Source: Telmatocola sphagniphila (GTDB lineage: Bacteria > Planctomycetota > Planctomycetia > Gemmatales > Gemmataceae). From it: DNA of 32,000 bases. The stretch lies in the NCBI RefSeq assembly GCF_018398935.1, contig NZ_CP074694.1:6120001-6152000 (forward strand). Reading direction: 5' to 3'. Under the pieces are notes generated by a model, which saw only the letters and a program-made list of their open reading frames with translations, did no database searches and had not been told where the DNA came from. Every line of letters starts with the position of its first letter. Position 1 is the first letter of the stretch. Shown piece by piece: positions 16,389 through 24,676 of the stretch. The position numbers and the translations under genes are program-made.

Positions 16389-16395
16389 ACACGAT

Positions 16396-17862
16396 TTACT
16401 TGGCGAGTTCTTCCATCAGGATTTTGCGCACCAACTCGTTGGGGGCCCCTTTGTTGGCTCGCATCACCGCGCCCAGAATGGCATTGGCGGCTGTGGCTTT
16501 GCCCTTTTTGAAATCCTCGACCGATTTGGTGTTGCCCGCAATCGCTTCCAGGACCGACTTGCGGAGGCTGGCCTCGTCGAAGGAACTGGCGTCCTTGATA
16601 CCCAGGGCATCCATCGCCTCTTTGATGCCCGAGTTGTGTTCGAGCATGTATTCGAAGGTTTTGCGGCGCGGATCCTGACCGGCCGTGGCGGTCTGCTTCA
16701 GGAAATCGGCAAAGGTATCCGCGGAAATCGGGAATTGTTCGATTTCCTCGTTCCGGGAGGTCAAGGCCGGGAAGATCAGATCGCTGATACGATTGCAGAC
16801 CGCTTTACCATCGCCGATTTTCGCAGCCACGGTTTCGTAATACTTCACGAGTTTCCGGCCTTTGGCGGTCAGTACCTTGGAATCGTAGGAGTTGAGACCG
16901 TATTGAGTCTGTAGGCGCTGCCGCTGCTCGCTGGGGAGTTCGCCCATTTCCGCGCGGGCCTGTTTCAGCTGATTTTCGTTCACAACCACGGGAACGAGAT
17001 CGGGCTCCGGGAAGTAGCGGTAATCGGCACTCTCTTCTTTGCTTCGTAAGACCACGGTTTTTTCGCTGGCTTCGATCCAGCGGGCCGTCGTCTTATTACC
17101 TGGTTTCAAGCGTTCGCCGTCTTTTTTAAACTGTTCGTACTGCCGGACGGCCTCATGTCGAATAGCCCGTTCCACGGAACTGATGCTGTTCAGGTTCTTC
17201 ACTTCAACGATTGGGGTCGGGATTTTGCTGCCGTCGGGTTGCAGGATGCGGATGTTGACGTTCGCATCGCAACGGAGTGAACCTTCTTGCATTTCGCAAT
17301 CGGAAACGCCTATTTCGCGAAGCATCAGCCGCAACTCTTCCAGGTAGGCCCTGGCTTCCTCGGGACTCGAAATATCGGGTTTGGAGACGATTTCCAACAG
17401 CGGGGTGCCGGTACGGTTCAGATCGACCTTGGTGTCGCCGCCCCGTCCCGATTCGTCGTGCATCGACTTCCCGGCATCTTCCTCAAGGTGAGCCCGGAAG
17501 ATGCCGATTTTCCTGGGGCCTTTGCCCGCGTCGATCTCCAGATATCCTTCGCTGCTGAAGGGCAGGTCGAACTGGCTGATCTGGAAGTTTTTGGGCAGGT
17601 CGGGGTAGTAGTAGTTTTTGCGATCCCACTTGGTGAACGGGGCGATCTGGAGGTTCAGCGCCAGGGCCGCTTTCAAGGAGAGGTCGAACGCTTTGCGATT
17701 CATCACGGGCAGCGATCCGGGCATACCCAGACAGACCGGACAGACCTGGGAATTCGGCGGAGCACCGAATCGGGTTGTACAACCGCAGAACAGCTTGGTA
17801 TTGGTCAGTAGTTGAACGTGTGTTTCCAGTCCAACGACAATTTCATATTCGGCTTCGGCCAT
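16396..17862 (-). CDS. gatB: Asp-tRNA(Asn)/Glu-tRNA(Gln) amidotransferase subunit B
   Basis: The sequence YEIVVGLETHVQLLTNTKLFCGC...PNSQVCPVCLGMPGSLPVMN...NYYYPDLPKNFQISQFD...FRAHLEEDAGK, together with the C-terminal GatB/YqeY-like tail, is unmistakable. I moved the start to the ATG at 17862 (MAEAEYEIV), which has GGAG upstream. The track start at 17889 is a TTG. No gatA or gatC lies nearby. Confidence 0.95.
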   Translation of the reverse strand: MAEAEYEIVVGLETHVQLLTNTKLFCGCTTRFGAPPNSQVCPVCLGMPGSLPVMNRKAFDLSLKAALALNLQIAPFTKWDRKNYYYPDLPKNFQISQFDLPFSSEGYLEIDAGKGPRKIGIFRAHLEEDAGKSMHDESGRGGDTKVDLNRTGTPLLEIVSKPDISSPEEARAYLEELRLMLREIGVSDCEMQEGSLRCDANVNIRILQPDGSKIPTPIVEVKNLNSISSVERAIRHEAVRQYEQFKKDGERLKPGNKTTARWIEASEKTVVLRSKEESADYRYFPEPDLVPVVVNENQLKQARAEMGELPSEQRQRLQTQYGLNSYDSKVLTAKGRKLVKYYETVAAKIGDGKAVCNRISDLIFPALTSRNEEIEQFPISADTFADFLKQTATAGQDPRRKTFEYMLEHNSGIKEAMDALGIKDASSFDEASLRKSVLEAIAGNTKSVEDFKKGKATAANAILGAVMRANKGAPNELVRKILMEELAK

Positions 17863-18005
17863 CCCAAACTCCATTGCCCGGCGGTTCAAATTTCACTTCT
17901 GAATTACAAGACAGGGGTTCCAGTCAAAAGGTTATGCTATCAACAATTTGCATCGACGTCGGGCCTCGACATCGCATTCGAAGAATTTCATAGGGCTAGC
18001 ACCTG

Positions 18006-18040
18006 AAAACGAAAAAGGGTGTTCAGCAACCTGAACACCC
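18006..18040 (-). terminator. Rho-independent terminator after the S1 protease gene
   Basis: A perfect 10-bp stem pairs GGGTGTTCAG (18017-18026) with CTGAACACCC (18031-18040) around a 4-nt loop. On the minus strand it is followed by TTTTTCGTTTT. It starts 25 nt after the stop at 18066. Confidence 0.75.
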
Positions 18041-18065
18041 TGGTGTGCGATTGAGTTAATTGCGA

Positions 18066-19139
18066 TTACTGGTCGATAGTCTTCAGAATATCCTTGGCAT
18101 CCTTAGCCGCCTCGGTATCCGGATAGTCTTTCAACAGTTTGTTGATTCGATCCCGAGCCTTATCTTTCTGACCAACAGCCAGCATGGATTTGATGAAACC
18201 CAGTTGCTGTTTAGCGGCCTTTTCATCTTTCTCCGAAGCTGGGTTCTTCTTCGGAGGATCTTTCTTCTCGGTTTCCTGAGGAGTAGCGGGCTTTTCTTCC
18301 GTAGGTTTAGGTTCTTCTTTTAAAGGTTTCAGAAGTGATTCATTCTTAGCTAAATCTTTCTTATCTGAATCGTTCTTCGGTGTTAGTTTGATTTTGTGTT
18401 CTTTCAAGAGATCCTTGATTTCGGCCAGATCCACGAAATGGCTCATCGCTCTGCCCGAGGAGAAGCTTTCCGTGACCCCAATCTGCTGACCTTTGTCGTT
18501 AAACAAGGGGCCACCGGAATCTCCCTGATTCACCTGGGAATCGGTTTCGATCATTCGGCAATTTACTTCAAAATTATCGCTCGGATCAGCGCCGCTACCC
18601 ACCAGAGAACGGACGTTGTAGACCTGTCGGCAATTACCCGGGGTGTAGACGAATAAGCTCTTGCTGGCACCCGGACTTCCGATGGAGTGGACGCGCTCTC
18701 CGGGGTTGGGGCTTTTGTCCGCGAGTTCGACGGCTTCTGTACCCGCGGGTAACTTGGCGTTGGGACTGAGTTGGATTAGAGCCAGATCGCGTTTCTTCTC
18801 CGCAAAGAGCACTTTGCCCACATAGCCATAGTTCTGTCGCAGTTTCTCGAAATAATCTTCGCGCAACTTCAACATTTCCTTGGTGGCCGGGTCGTAAATG
18901 GGGAACATCACGCTCACTGTGGCCGCGTCCGTAACCACGTGATAATTGGTCAGAACCAAGCGCTGTTTGTAGTCGATCAGCGAGCCGGATCCCATCGTGC
19001 CTTTTTTCGACACTACAATCCAGACCGTCGACTTGATGCCTTTTTCGTAGATTTTATCGCCTTGAGCCTGGGCTTTACCCGTCGAAAAACTCAAGGTAAT
19101 GAGAGCAGCGAGAACCAACAGACTAAAACGGAATTTCAT
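18066..19139 (-). CDS. Secreted trypsin-like (S1 family) serine protease with a Lys/Glu/Pro-rich linker and a C-terminal TPR/YbgF-like helical domain
   Basis: This is a 357-aa ORF starting at an ATG, with a signal peptide (LLVLAALITLSFSTGKAQA). The catalytic triad contexts are LVLTNYHVV (His), KKRDLALIQL (Asp) and NQGDSGGPLF (Ser). The C-terminus, AVGQKDKARDRINKLLKDYPDTEAAKDAKDIL, looks like a single TPR-like unit. Confidence 0.85.
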   Translation of the reverse strand: MKFRFSLLVLAALITLSFSTGKAQAQGDKIYEKGIKSTVWIVVSKKGTMGSGSLIDYKQRLVLTNYHVVTDAATVSVMFPIYDPATKEMLKLREDYFEKLRQNYGYVGKVLFAEKKRDLALIQLSPNAKLPAGTEAVELADKSPNPGERVHSIGSPGASKSLFVYTPGNCRQVYNVRSLVGSGADPSDNFEVNCRMIETDSQVNQGDSGGPLFNDKGQQIGVTESFSSGRAMSHFVDLAEIKDLLKEHKIKLTPKNDSDKKDLAKNESLLKPLKEEPKPTEEKPATPQETEKKDPPKKNPASEKDEKAAKQQLGFIKSMLAVGQKDKARDRINKLLKDYPDTEAAKDAKDILKTIDQ

Positions 19140-19375
19140 GAAATTTTTCCTCTCGGAAGACTGAGCAGATCAAGAGAGATTTATCGAGTGTTTTTATATG
19201 TTAACCGGGTCATTACGCCGGTCAAGCGCAAAAACCGTAACAAGCTTACTACTCTCAACGAAACGGCAGGGCTTTTCGTTTGGATTATTTTAATCGACTT
19301 TGAGTTCCCGAAATTAAGAGGTATTTCGAAAGCAAATTATCCGCTCTTTGATGGACACGAGCTGCATTTTTATCT

Positions 19376-20260
19376 TCAAGCCCCCGATTGCTCCTCGAAT
19401 TTCCCCAACCTCCAGGCTCGGCGTTCACTCCAGCGGAAAACGAATTGCGAGAGGATCAGGAGTCCCAGCGTTGTCCCGGCCAGGGCGGCCGCCAGGGCCG
19501 GATGTCCCCAGTGACTCAGCGGAGAATCCAAAAACTTCTCGGCAGGAACCCCGAGGATCGCCCGCCGCATCCCTTCCAGCCAGTAAGTCGGGGGTAGGAT
19601 GACACTCACCCAGCTCAGCCAGTGCGGGAGAATCGAAATCGGAAAAACCACGCCGCAAACCAGGTAAAGAATTCCGGAGATGCCTTCCGAAAGGAACATC
19701 CCCTGCCGGTTCATATTTAACACGATGGCTGTGAGAATCAGTCCCAAAGCGGTGAGCAGCATGGTACCCAGCACCAGATAAACCGCCAGCCATCCCCATT
19801 CGGTGGGCTGGCGAGTTAACGCATGCCGAACTTCGGGGAAGGTGAGAGCGCCAATCGTGATGTTGATCAATCCTCCCAGCACCGCCTGAAATGCTCCGCT
19901 GATGGCGCGGCCCACGAAGTACGTCTGCAAGTGCCCGGGAGCGATATAGATGTACTTGAGCATCCGGTAATGTTCCCGATCGGTCAACACGGCCTGACTC
20001 ATGCCGAACATCACCGAGCCGATGAGCATGAAGCAGGCATTGCCGATGTACATGTAAGGCAGAAAATCGACCGGCACCCAGGGGGTGACCTGCCGGGCCG
20101 CAAAGTACATGCAGACCAGAAGCAGCGAACTGGTCAGCGGTTTCACCAGTACGTAAATGGCAAACAGCCAGGGCTCGGTCCAGTTGCTGTCGAGTTGCCA
20201 GCCCAGCCAGAGTGCCCAGCGAAACGTTTTCTTTTTCACTTCGAGTGATGTCATTGCCAT
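19376..20260 (-). CDS. ABC-2 type transporter permease, second of two
   Basis: This is a 294-aa polytopic hydrophobic protein. Its start (ATG at 20260, or ATG at 20254) overlaps the stop of the upstream permease by 10 or 4 nt, which indicates translational coupling. Confidence 0.8.
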   Translation of the reverse strand: MAMTSLEVKKKTFRWALWLGWQLDSNWTEPWLFAIYVLVKPLTSSLLLVCMYFAARQVTPWVPVDFLPYMYIGNACFMLIGSVMFGMSQAVLTDREHYRMLKYIYIAPGHLQTYFVGRAISGAFQAVLGGLINITIGALTFPEVRHALTRQPTEWGWLAVYLVLGTMLLTALGLILTAIVLNMNRQGMFLSEGISGILYLVCGVVFPISILPHWLSWVSVILPPTYWLEGMRRAILGVPAEKFLDSPLSHWGHPALAAALAGTTLGLLILSQFVFRWSERRAWRLGKFEEQSGA

Positions 20261-21060
20261 TTCACCGTGATCTTGCCCTCTTCCTTGGCTTTACGTTCCA
20301 GAAACTTCAGCATGCGCCAGGCCAGGAACAGATAGAAAATCGACAAACCGGACAGTGTGAGGATATTTAGCCAGAGCGGGAAGAATCCCGCGTCCGCAAA
20401 AAGGATCTGCCGCATGGCATCCATCCCGGTTGTCAAGGGAATCACTGCGGCACAACTGGCCAGTAACGTTGGGAAGATACGAAGCGGGTAATTCATGCCC
20501 GTGAGCAGATAGACCGGCTCCTGAAGCAGGTTGACCCAGTGCCAGGCTTCCCGTCCGAAAAGCAAAAACACGGAGGCGAACATCATTCCTAAGCCATACA
20601 GGGCTAACAGTGTCAGAAGGAAAACGCCGATCAACAGCGGCCAACTACTCGCGTGAAAGGGAATTTGAAACAGCAGGATGCCCGTCAGCAGAATCACACT
20701 GGCCCGGACCATGGTCAGGAGCATTCCTCCCAGTGCCATCCCGGCCAGCACCGCCATCATGGAACTCGGGGACATGATGTAGAGTTCGAGGTTTCCCGAA
20801 CTCCGCTCCCAATACAGCTGCGCGCCCATGGACCAGAGGACATTCAACCAGAAAGCGGTCATCGCGCCGCCAAGCAACACGAATCCGATATAGGATTCCG
20901 GAGCTTTCATCGCCCGATAGATGTATGCGTAGGCCGCGACGGATAAGAGCGGCAGAATGGCCTCATGAATTACCCAGGAGGGCTGCCGTCGCACCCCGAT
21001 AATTCGAGGGTAGGCCCTAGCGATGATCGTACGAAAAAATAACCCGAAGGAGGAACTCAC
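20251..21060 (-). CDS. ABC-2 type transporter permease, first of two
   Basis: This is a 269-aa polytopic hydrophobic protein. Its GTG start overlaps the TGA stop of the ATPase gene (GTGA), and AAGGAGG lies about 10 nt upstream. Confidence 0.8.
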   Translation of the reverse strand: MSSSFGLFFRTIIARAYPRIIGVRRQPSWVIHEAILPLLSVAAYAYIYRAMKAPESYIGFVLLGGAMTAFWLNVLWSMGAQLYWERSSGNLELYIMSPSSMMAVLAGMALGGMLLTMVRASVILLTGILLFQIPFHASSWPLLIGVFLLTLLALYGLGMMFASVFLLFGREAWHWVNLLQEPVYLLTGMNYPLRIFPTLLASCAAVIPLTTGMDAMRQILFADAGFFPLWLNILTLSGLSIFYLFLAWRMLKFLERKAKEEGKITVKWQ

Positions 21061-22052
21061 AGGGAGGCCTCCTTGTCGTCCAACCCGTGGCCGACCAGCT
21101 CAATGAAGGCATCTTCCAGCGTCGGTTCATCTTTCTTCAGCGAAACAATCTTGCCGCCGGTTTCCACCAGATACTTCACGACATTTCCGATGGCCGATTC
21201 ATCGAGCAAGGAAACTTTGATCTCCGTTAGTTCTTCTTTTGAGATCGTGGTGGCCTTGTGTACGCCGGGCACTTTCGAAAGATCCACTGCGGAGGAGACG
21301 GTTAAGGAGAACTGGGTATATTCCTGAACCTTTTTCTTCAGCGCCGCGGGAGTATCGCAAGCGAGAACCTGCCCCCGTTCGATGATCGCCAGCCGATCGC
21401 AGAGTTCATCGGCTTCGCTCATGTAGTGAGTGGTCAGCAGCATCGTGCGATCCGGTTTCTCGCGCAGCCACTCTTTCACGAAGGATCGAATGGAACGGGC
21501 CGCATTGACGTCCAGGCCCAGAGTCGGTTCATCGAGAAAGAGAATCTTGGGATCGGTGATGAACCCCCGGCAGAAATTCATTTTCTGTCGCTGTCCGGTG
21601 GAAAGATGGCTGATGCGGGTGCTGGCTTTATCCGCCAGACCAACCACTTCGAGAATGCGATCGATCCGCTCCTTGGCGTCGGAATTACTCACGCCGTAAA
21701 TCTGCGAGAAGAGCCAGAGGTTTTCGCGGACGTTCAGCACACCGTAGCCGCACGATTCGCCACCGGATACCAGGTTGATCTTGGGCCGGATGGCCTGCGG
21801 TTCGGTCACCACGTCGTGACCATCGATCCAGGCCCGGCCCGAGGTCGGTGCCAGCAGGGTGGTGAGGATCTTGATCAGAGTTGTCTTGCCGGCCCCATTA
21901 GGACCGAGCAGGCCGAACAGTTCCCCTTCGCGGATGGACAGCGAAACGTTGTTGACGGCGATGAAGTCCTTACCGCCCTCGGGATTTTTTTTGGTCTTTT
22001 TCTTGCCGCGGAATGTACGGGTCAGGTTTTCAGTTCGAATGGAATCTTGCAT
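21057..22052 (-). CDS. ABC transporter ATP-binding protein (ABC-2 / DrrA-like subfamily with a C-terminal extension)
   Basis: The protein carries Walker A (GPNGAGKTT), the ABC signature (LSTGQRQKM) and Walker B (ILFLDEPTLGLD). I moved the start to the ATG at 22052 (MQDSIRTENLTRTF). The track start at 22106 is a TTG. Confidence 0.9.
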   Translation of the reverse strand: MQDSIRTENLTRTFRGKKKTKKNPEGGKDFIAVNNVSLSIREGELFGLLGPNGAGKTTLIKILTTLLAPTSGRAWIDGHDVVTEPQAIRPKINLVSGGESCGYGVLNVRENLWLFSQIYGVSNSDAKERIDRILEVVGLADKASTRISHLSTGQRQKMNFCRGFITDPKILFLDEPTLGLDVNAARSIRSFVKEWLREKPDRTMLLTTHYMSEADELCDRLAIIERGQVLACDTPAALKKKVQEYTQFSLTVSSAVDLSKVPGVHKATTISKEELTEIKVSLLDESAIGNVVKYLVETGGKIVSLKKDEPTLEDAFIELVGHGLDDKEASL

Positions 22053-22121
22053 TACCTTAATCTTAGCAACTCGGCCAAGGGGGTGTCTAAGTCGGGCGTG
22101 CGTCAAAAAGGGATTAAGTCC

Positions 22122-22151
22122 GAGGATCCGAAAAAGATTTTTCGGATCCTC
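22122..22151 (-). terminator. Strong palindromic hairpin between sppA and the ABC ATPase gene; either a terminator or an mRNA-stabilising element
   Basis: GAGGATCCGAAAAA (22122-22135) and TTTTTCGGATCCTC (22138-22151) are perfect reverse complements, giving an effective ~12-bp stem with a 6-nt loop. The hairpin begins 11 nt after the sppA stop. A T5 run follows only after 13 more nt on the minus strand, so it is not a textbook terminator. Confidence 0.5.
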
Positions 22152-22162
22152 CTTCGGCTGAG

Positions 22163-23263
22163 TTAATTCGAACCGCCGCTCAGGATGGCCGAGAGGTCGG
22201 CCCCCGGCATGATCATCCAGCCGCGAGGAACGAACAGGTTGGCCAGTTGAGCCGGGTTCAAGCTCGGCTGCTTCACTTTCAGGCCGAGGTATTGTTCCCA
22301 GATCGGCAGATGCTTCTGGTAGACGATCACTTTGTAGTTGGAGATATTGGCGAGCGTGGCCGCCTTCTCGATGGCCTGATCCAGCGTACCTATTTCATCG
22401 ATCAGGCCATATTCTAGCGCTTGCTTGGCCGTATAAGTGCCTCCATCGGCCAACTTGCGCTGCACGCGCACAAACTGCGGCTTACCCTGGGCATCCTTGA
22501 TGGCCTCTCCCTTATCGTTGCGTTCGGGCACTTCTTTCTGGAACAGGACATCGGTCAGCTTGGCCTTGGTGAGTTTCGGTCGGCCGTTTTGAACGACTTC
22601 GAGGAATTGATCGTAAGCGTTATCGACCATTTCCTGCCAAGGGGCTCGTTCCGAAGGGGTCATCTCATGGAATGGGGAGCCGCTCGCTTTGATATCCCCG
22701 GCTTTGATCAATTCCATTTTCAGCCCATACTTTTTGCCGAACTCCGCGATGTTCGGCAGCGAGGCATAGACCCCAATCGAACCGGTTAGGCAGTAGTTCT
22801 CGGCGAAAATATACTCTCCCGGCATGGCGACGTAGTAGCCGCCCGACGCCGCCAGTGCCCCCATGGAGATCACCAGCGGACGAGGATCTTTCACGCTGAA
22901 GCGGTGCGTACCCTTGGCCATCGCGGTGATCTCGCGATGCAGAACTTCGCTGGCGCTGATCGTCCCGCCCGGGCTGTTGATTCTCAGGACGACCGCTTTA
23001 ACATGCGGATCGGAACAGACCTGTTCAATCTGCTCGTGGGCAAAATCGAGAAAACCTTCCATCAGAAGCCCATCGATTTTCACTATGGCGATTTTGGTTT
23101 TTTCGTTCTGGCCCTTATAGGGATACTCGACCAGAAGCTCATCCTTGGGTACCAGCAGGTTCAAGGCCACACAGAGCACCAGGTTGGCGGCGAAGGAGCC
23201 CATAACGAGGATGAACAACAGTATCCGTATCCATTGCAGCGGTCTTTGATTTTTTTCAGCCAC
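22163..23263 (-). CDS. sppA: Signal peptide peptidase SppA, 36K type (S49 family)
   Basis: Diagnostic segments are VVLRINSPGGTISASE, SMGALAASGGYYVAM and LTGSIGVYA, plus an N-terminal TM helix (WIRILLFILVMGSFAANLVL). I moved the start to the GTG at 23263, which lies 5 nt downstream of AAGGAG (23269-23274). That SD lies 5 nt downstream of the folC stop. The track start at 23305 is a TTG that overlaps folC. Confidence 0.85.
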   Translation of the reverse strand: MAEKNQRPLQWIRILLFILVMGSFAANLVLCVALNLLVPKDELLVEYPYKGQNEKTKIAIVKIDGLLMEGFLDFAHEQIEQVCSDPHVKAVVLRINSPGGTISASEVLHREITAMAKGTHRFSVKDPRPLVISMGALAASGGYYVAMPGEYIFAENYCLTGSIGVYASLPNIAEFGKKYGLKMELIKAGDIKASGSPFHEMTPSERAPWQEMVDNAYDQFLEVVQNGRPKLTKAKLTDVLFQKEVPERNDKGEAIKDAQGKPQFVRVQRKLADGGTYTAKQALEYGLIDEIGTLDQAIEKAATLANISNYKVIVYQKHLPIWEQYLGLKVKQPSLNPAQLANLFVPRGWMIMPGADLSAILSGGSN

Positions 23264-23279
23264 GGTCACTCCTTGCGTG

Positions 23280-24557
23280 TCACGGTTGCTGGACGGTCTT
23301 TTCAATAATTCCCCGCAATTCGCCTGCCAAAAAAACCGAACCAGTCACGACGATAGTAGTTTCTGTGTCGGCTCGCTCCCAGGCGGCGGCCCAGGCTTCA
23401 GAGGCCTGGGAAAACAAACAGATATCCGCTTCGGGCTTGGCTTTTTTTACCATCCGGGCCAACTCTTCCGGCGGCGTGCTGCGGGGATTGTTCAAATATT
23501 TGGTCAAATAAAAGATATCGAAATACTCGGCTAATACTGTCAGGGTTTCCGCCACTTGTTTGTCGCTCGATATGGCGGCGATTAATATCTTCGGGCCCGG
23601 ATTTTTTACTTCCTGTCGCAGCGTTTGAACCAGAGCCTGTACTGAAGCGACATTGTGGGCACAGTCCAGAATCACTCGCGGTTGTTGATGCACGATCTGA
23701 ATGCGGGCAGGCCAACTCGTATTCGCCAGCCCGTAGCGTACGGCCGAGTCCGGAATTGTCAGCCCCTGCCGCCGCAACTGCTGCACGGCGGCCACGGCCC
23801 CAGCCGCGTTCACTTCCTGATGTGCCCCGGGCAAAGAGACGGGAAAATCCACGGTCGTTGGGAAGTCGACCCCAGCAAGAAGCAAGGGCGATTTCCGGCA
23901 TTGGGCCAGCTGGCGGAAAACCGCTACGGCTTCGGGAGCCTGGGCCGTTACGACCACGGGCACCCCCGATTTGATGATGCCGCCCTTTTCGTAAGCGATT
24001 TGCGTCAGTGTGTTGCCGAGGATGTTCATGTGATCGTAACTGATGTTAGTAATCACACAAAGTTTAGGTTTTACCACGTTGGTCGAATCGAAGCGCCCGC
24101 CCAAGCCGACTTCGATCAAGGCAACATCCACCCGTCGGCAATCGAAGTGCGCGAAGCCCAGCGCGGTACCGATCTCAAAGAAGGTGGCTTTCTGCCCAGT
24201 GGGAGCGGAGATTTTCTTTTCGCATTTTTCGATTTCGCGCAGCCGGGCCAGCATCTCTTCCCGACTGATGGGAACTCCGTTGACCTGAATCCGCTCGGAG
24301 ACATCTTCCAGATGCGGCGAAGTGAATAGGCCCACGCGATAGCCCGCCGCCTGCAGGATGCTGGCGAGCATGGCGCAGGTGCTGCCTTTTCCTTTGGTTC
24401 CCGCGACGTGAACGATCCGCAAGTGACGATCGGGATCGCCGAGGTGTCGCAGAAGTTGTCGCATGCGATCGAGCTTGAGTTCGCCGGGCTGCGCCGCACG
24501 CTTCTCGAAATCGATTCGACCGTACCAGTAATTCAGTGCATCTTCAGGAGTGAGCAT
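23280..24557 (-). CDS. folC: Bifunctional folylpolyglutamate synthase / dihydrofolate synthase
   Basis: The sequence VHVAGTKGKGSTCAMLASIL...GLFTSPHLEDVSERIQVNG...IEVGLGGRFDSTNV...ITNISYDHMNILGNTL shows the Mur-ligase / FolC hallmarks. I moved the start to the ATG at 24557 (MLTPEDALNYWYGRIDFE). The track start at 24662 is a TTG. Confidence 0.9.
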   Translation of the reverse strand: MLTPEDALNYWYGRIDFEKRAAQPGELKLDRMRQLLRHLGDPDRHLRIVHVAGTKGKGSTCAMLASILQAAGYRVGLFTSPHLEDVSERIQVNGVPISREEMLARLREIEKCEKKISAPTGQKATFFEIGTALGFAHFDCRRVDVALIEVGLGGRFDSTNVVKPKLCVITNISYDHMNILGNTLTQIAYEKGGIIKSGVPVVVTAQAPEAVAVFRQLAQCRKSPLLLAGVDFPTTVDFPVSLPGAHQEVNAAGAVAAVQQLRRQGLTIPDSAVRYGLANTSWPARIQIVHQQPRVILDCAHNVASVQALVQTLRQEVKNPGPKILIAAISSDKQVAETLTVLAEYFDIFYLTKYLNNPRSTPPEELARMVKKAKPEADICLFSQASEAWAAAWERADTETTIVVTGSVFLAGELRGIIEKTVQQP

Positions 24558-24676
24558 TTCAAGGAATATCGTAGGAGCGAGAGGAGAAAACGTAATAGCG
24601 AATTGAGTGCGTGAGCCAAGATCGGATTCGAGGGATGGATCGCAATCGGTCGTTTGACTCAAGTGCCCTTCTACTC

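Noticed and set aside
17863-24662. Upstream TTG starts given in the ORF track for gatB (17889), the ABC ATPase (22106), sppA (23305) and folC (24662), together with the upstream track starts of the DUF1559 gene (13107) and the terB-like gene (26955).
   Set aside because: Downstream ATG or GTG codons give N-termini that match the family patterns, some preceded by an SD-like purine motif (gatB, sppA, ABC ATPase, DUF1559). They also remove implausible gene overlaps. The upstream extensions add atypical residues.
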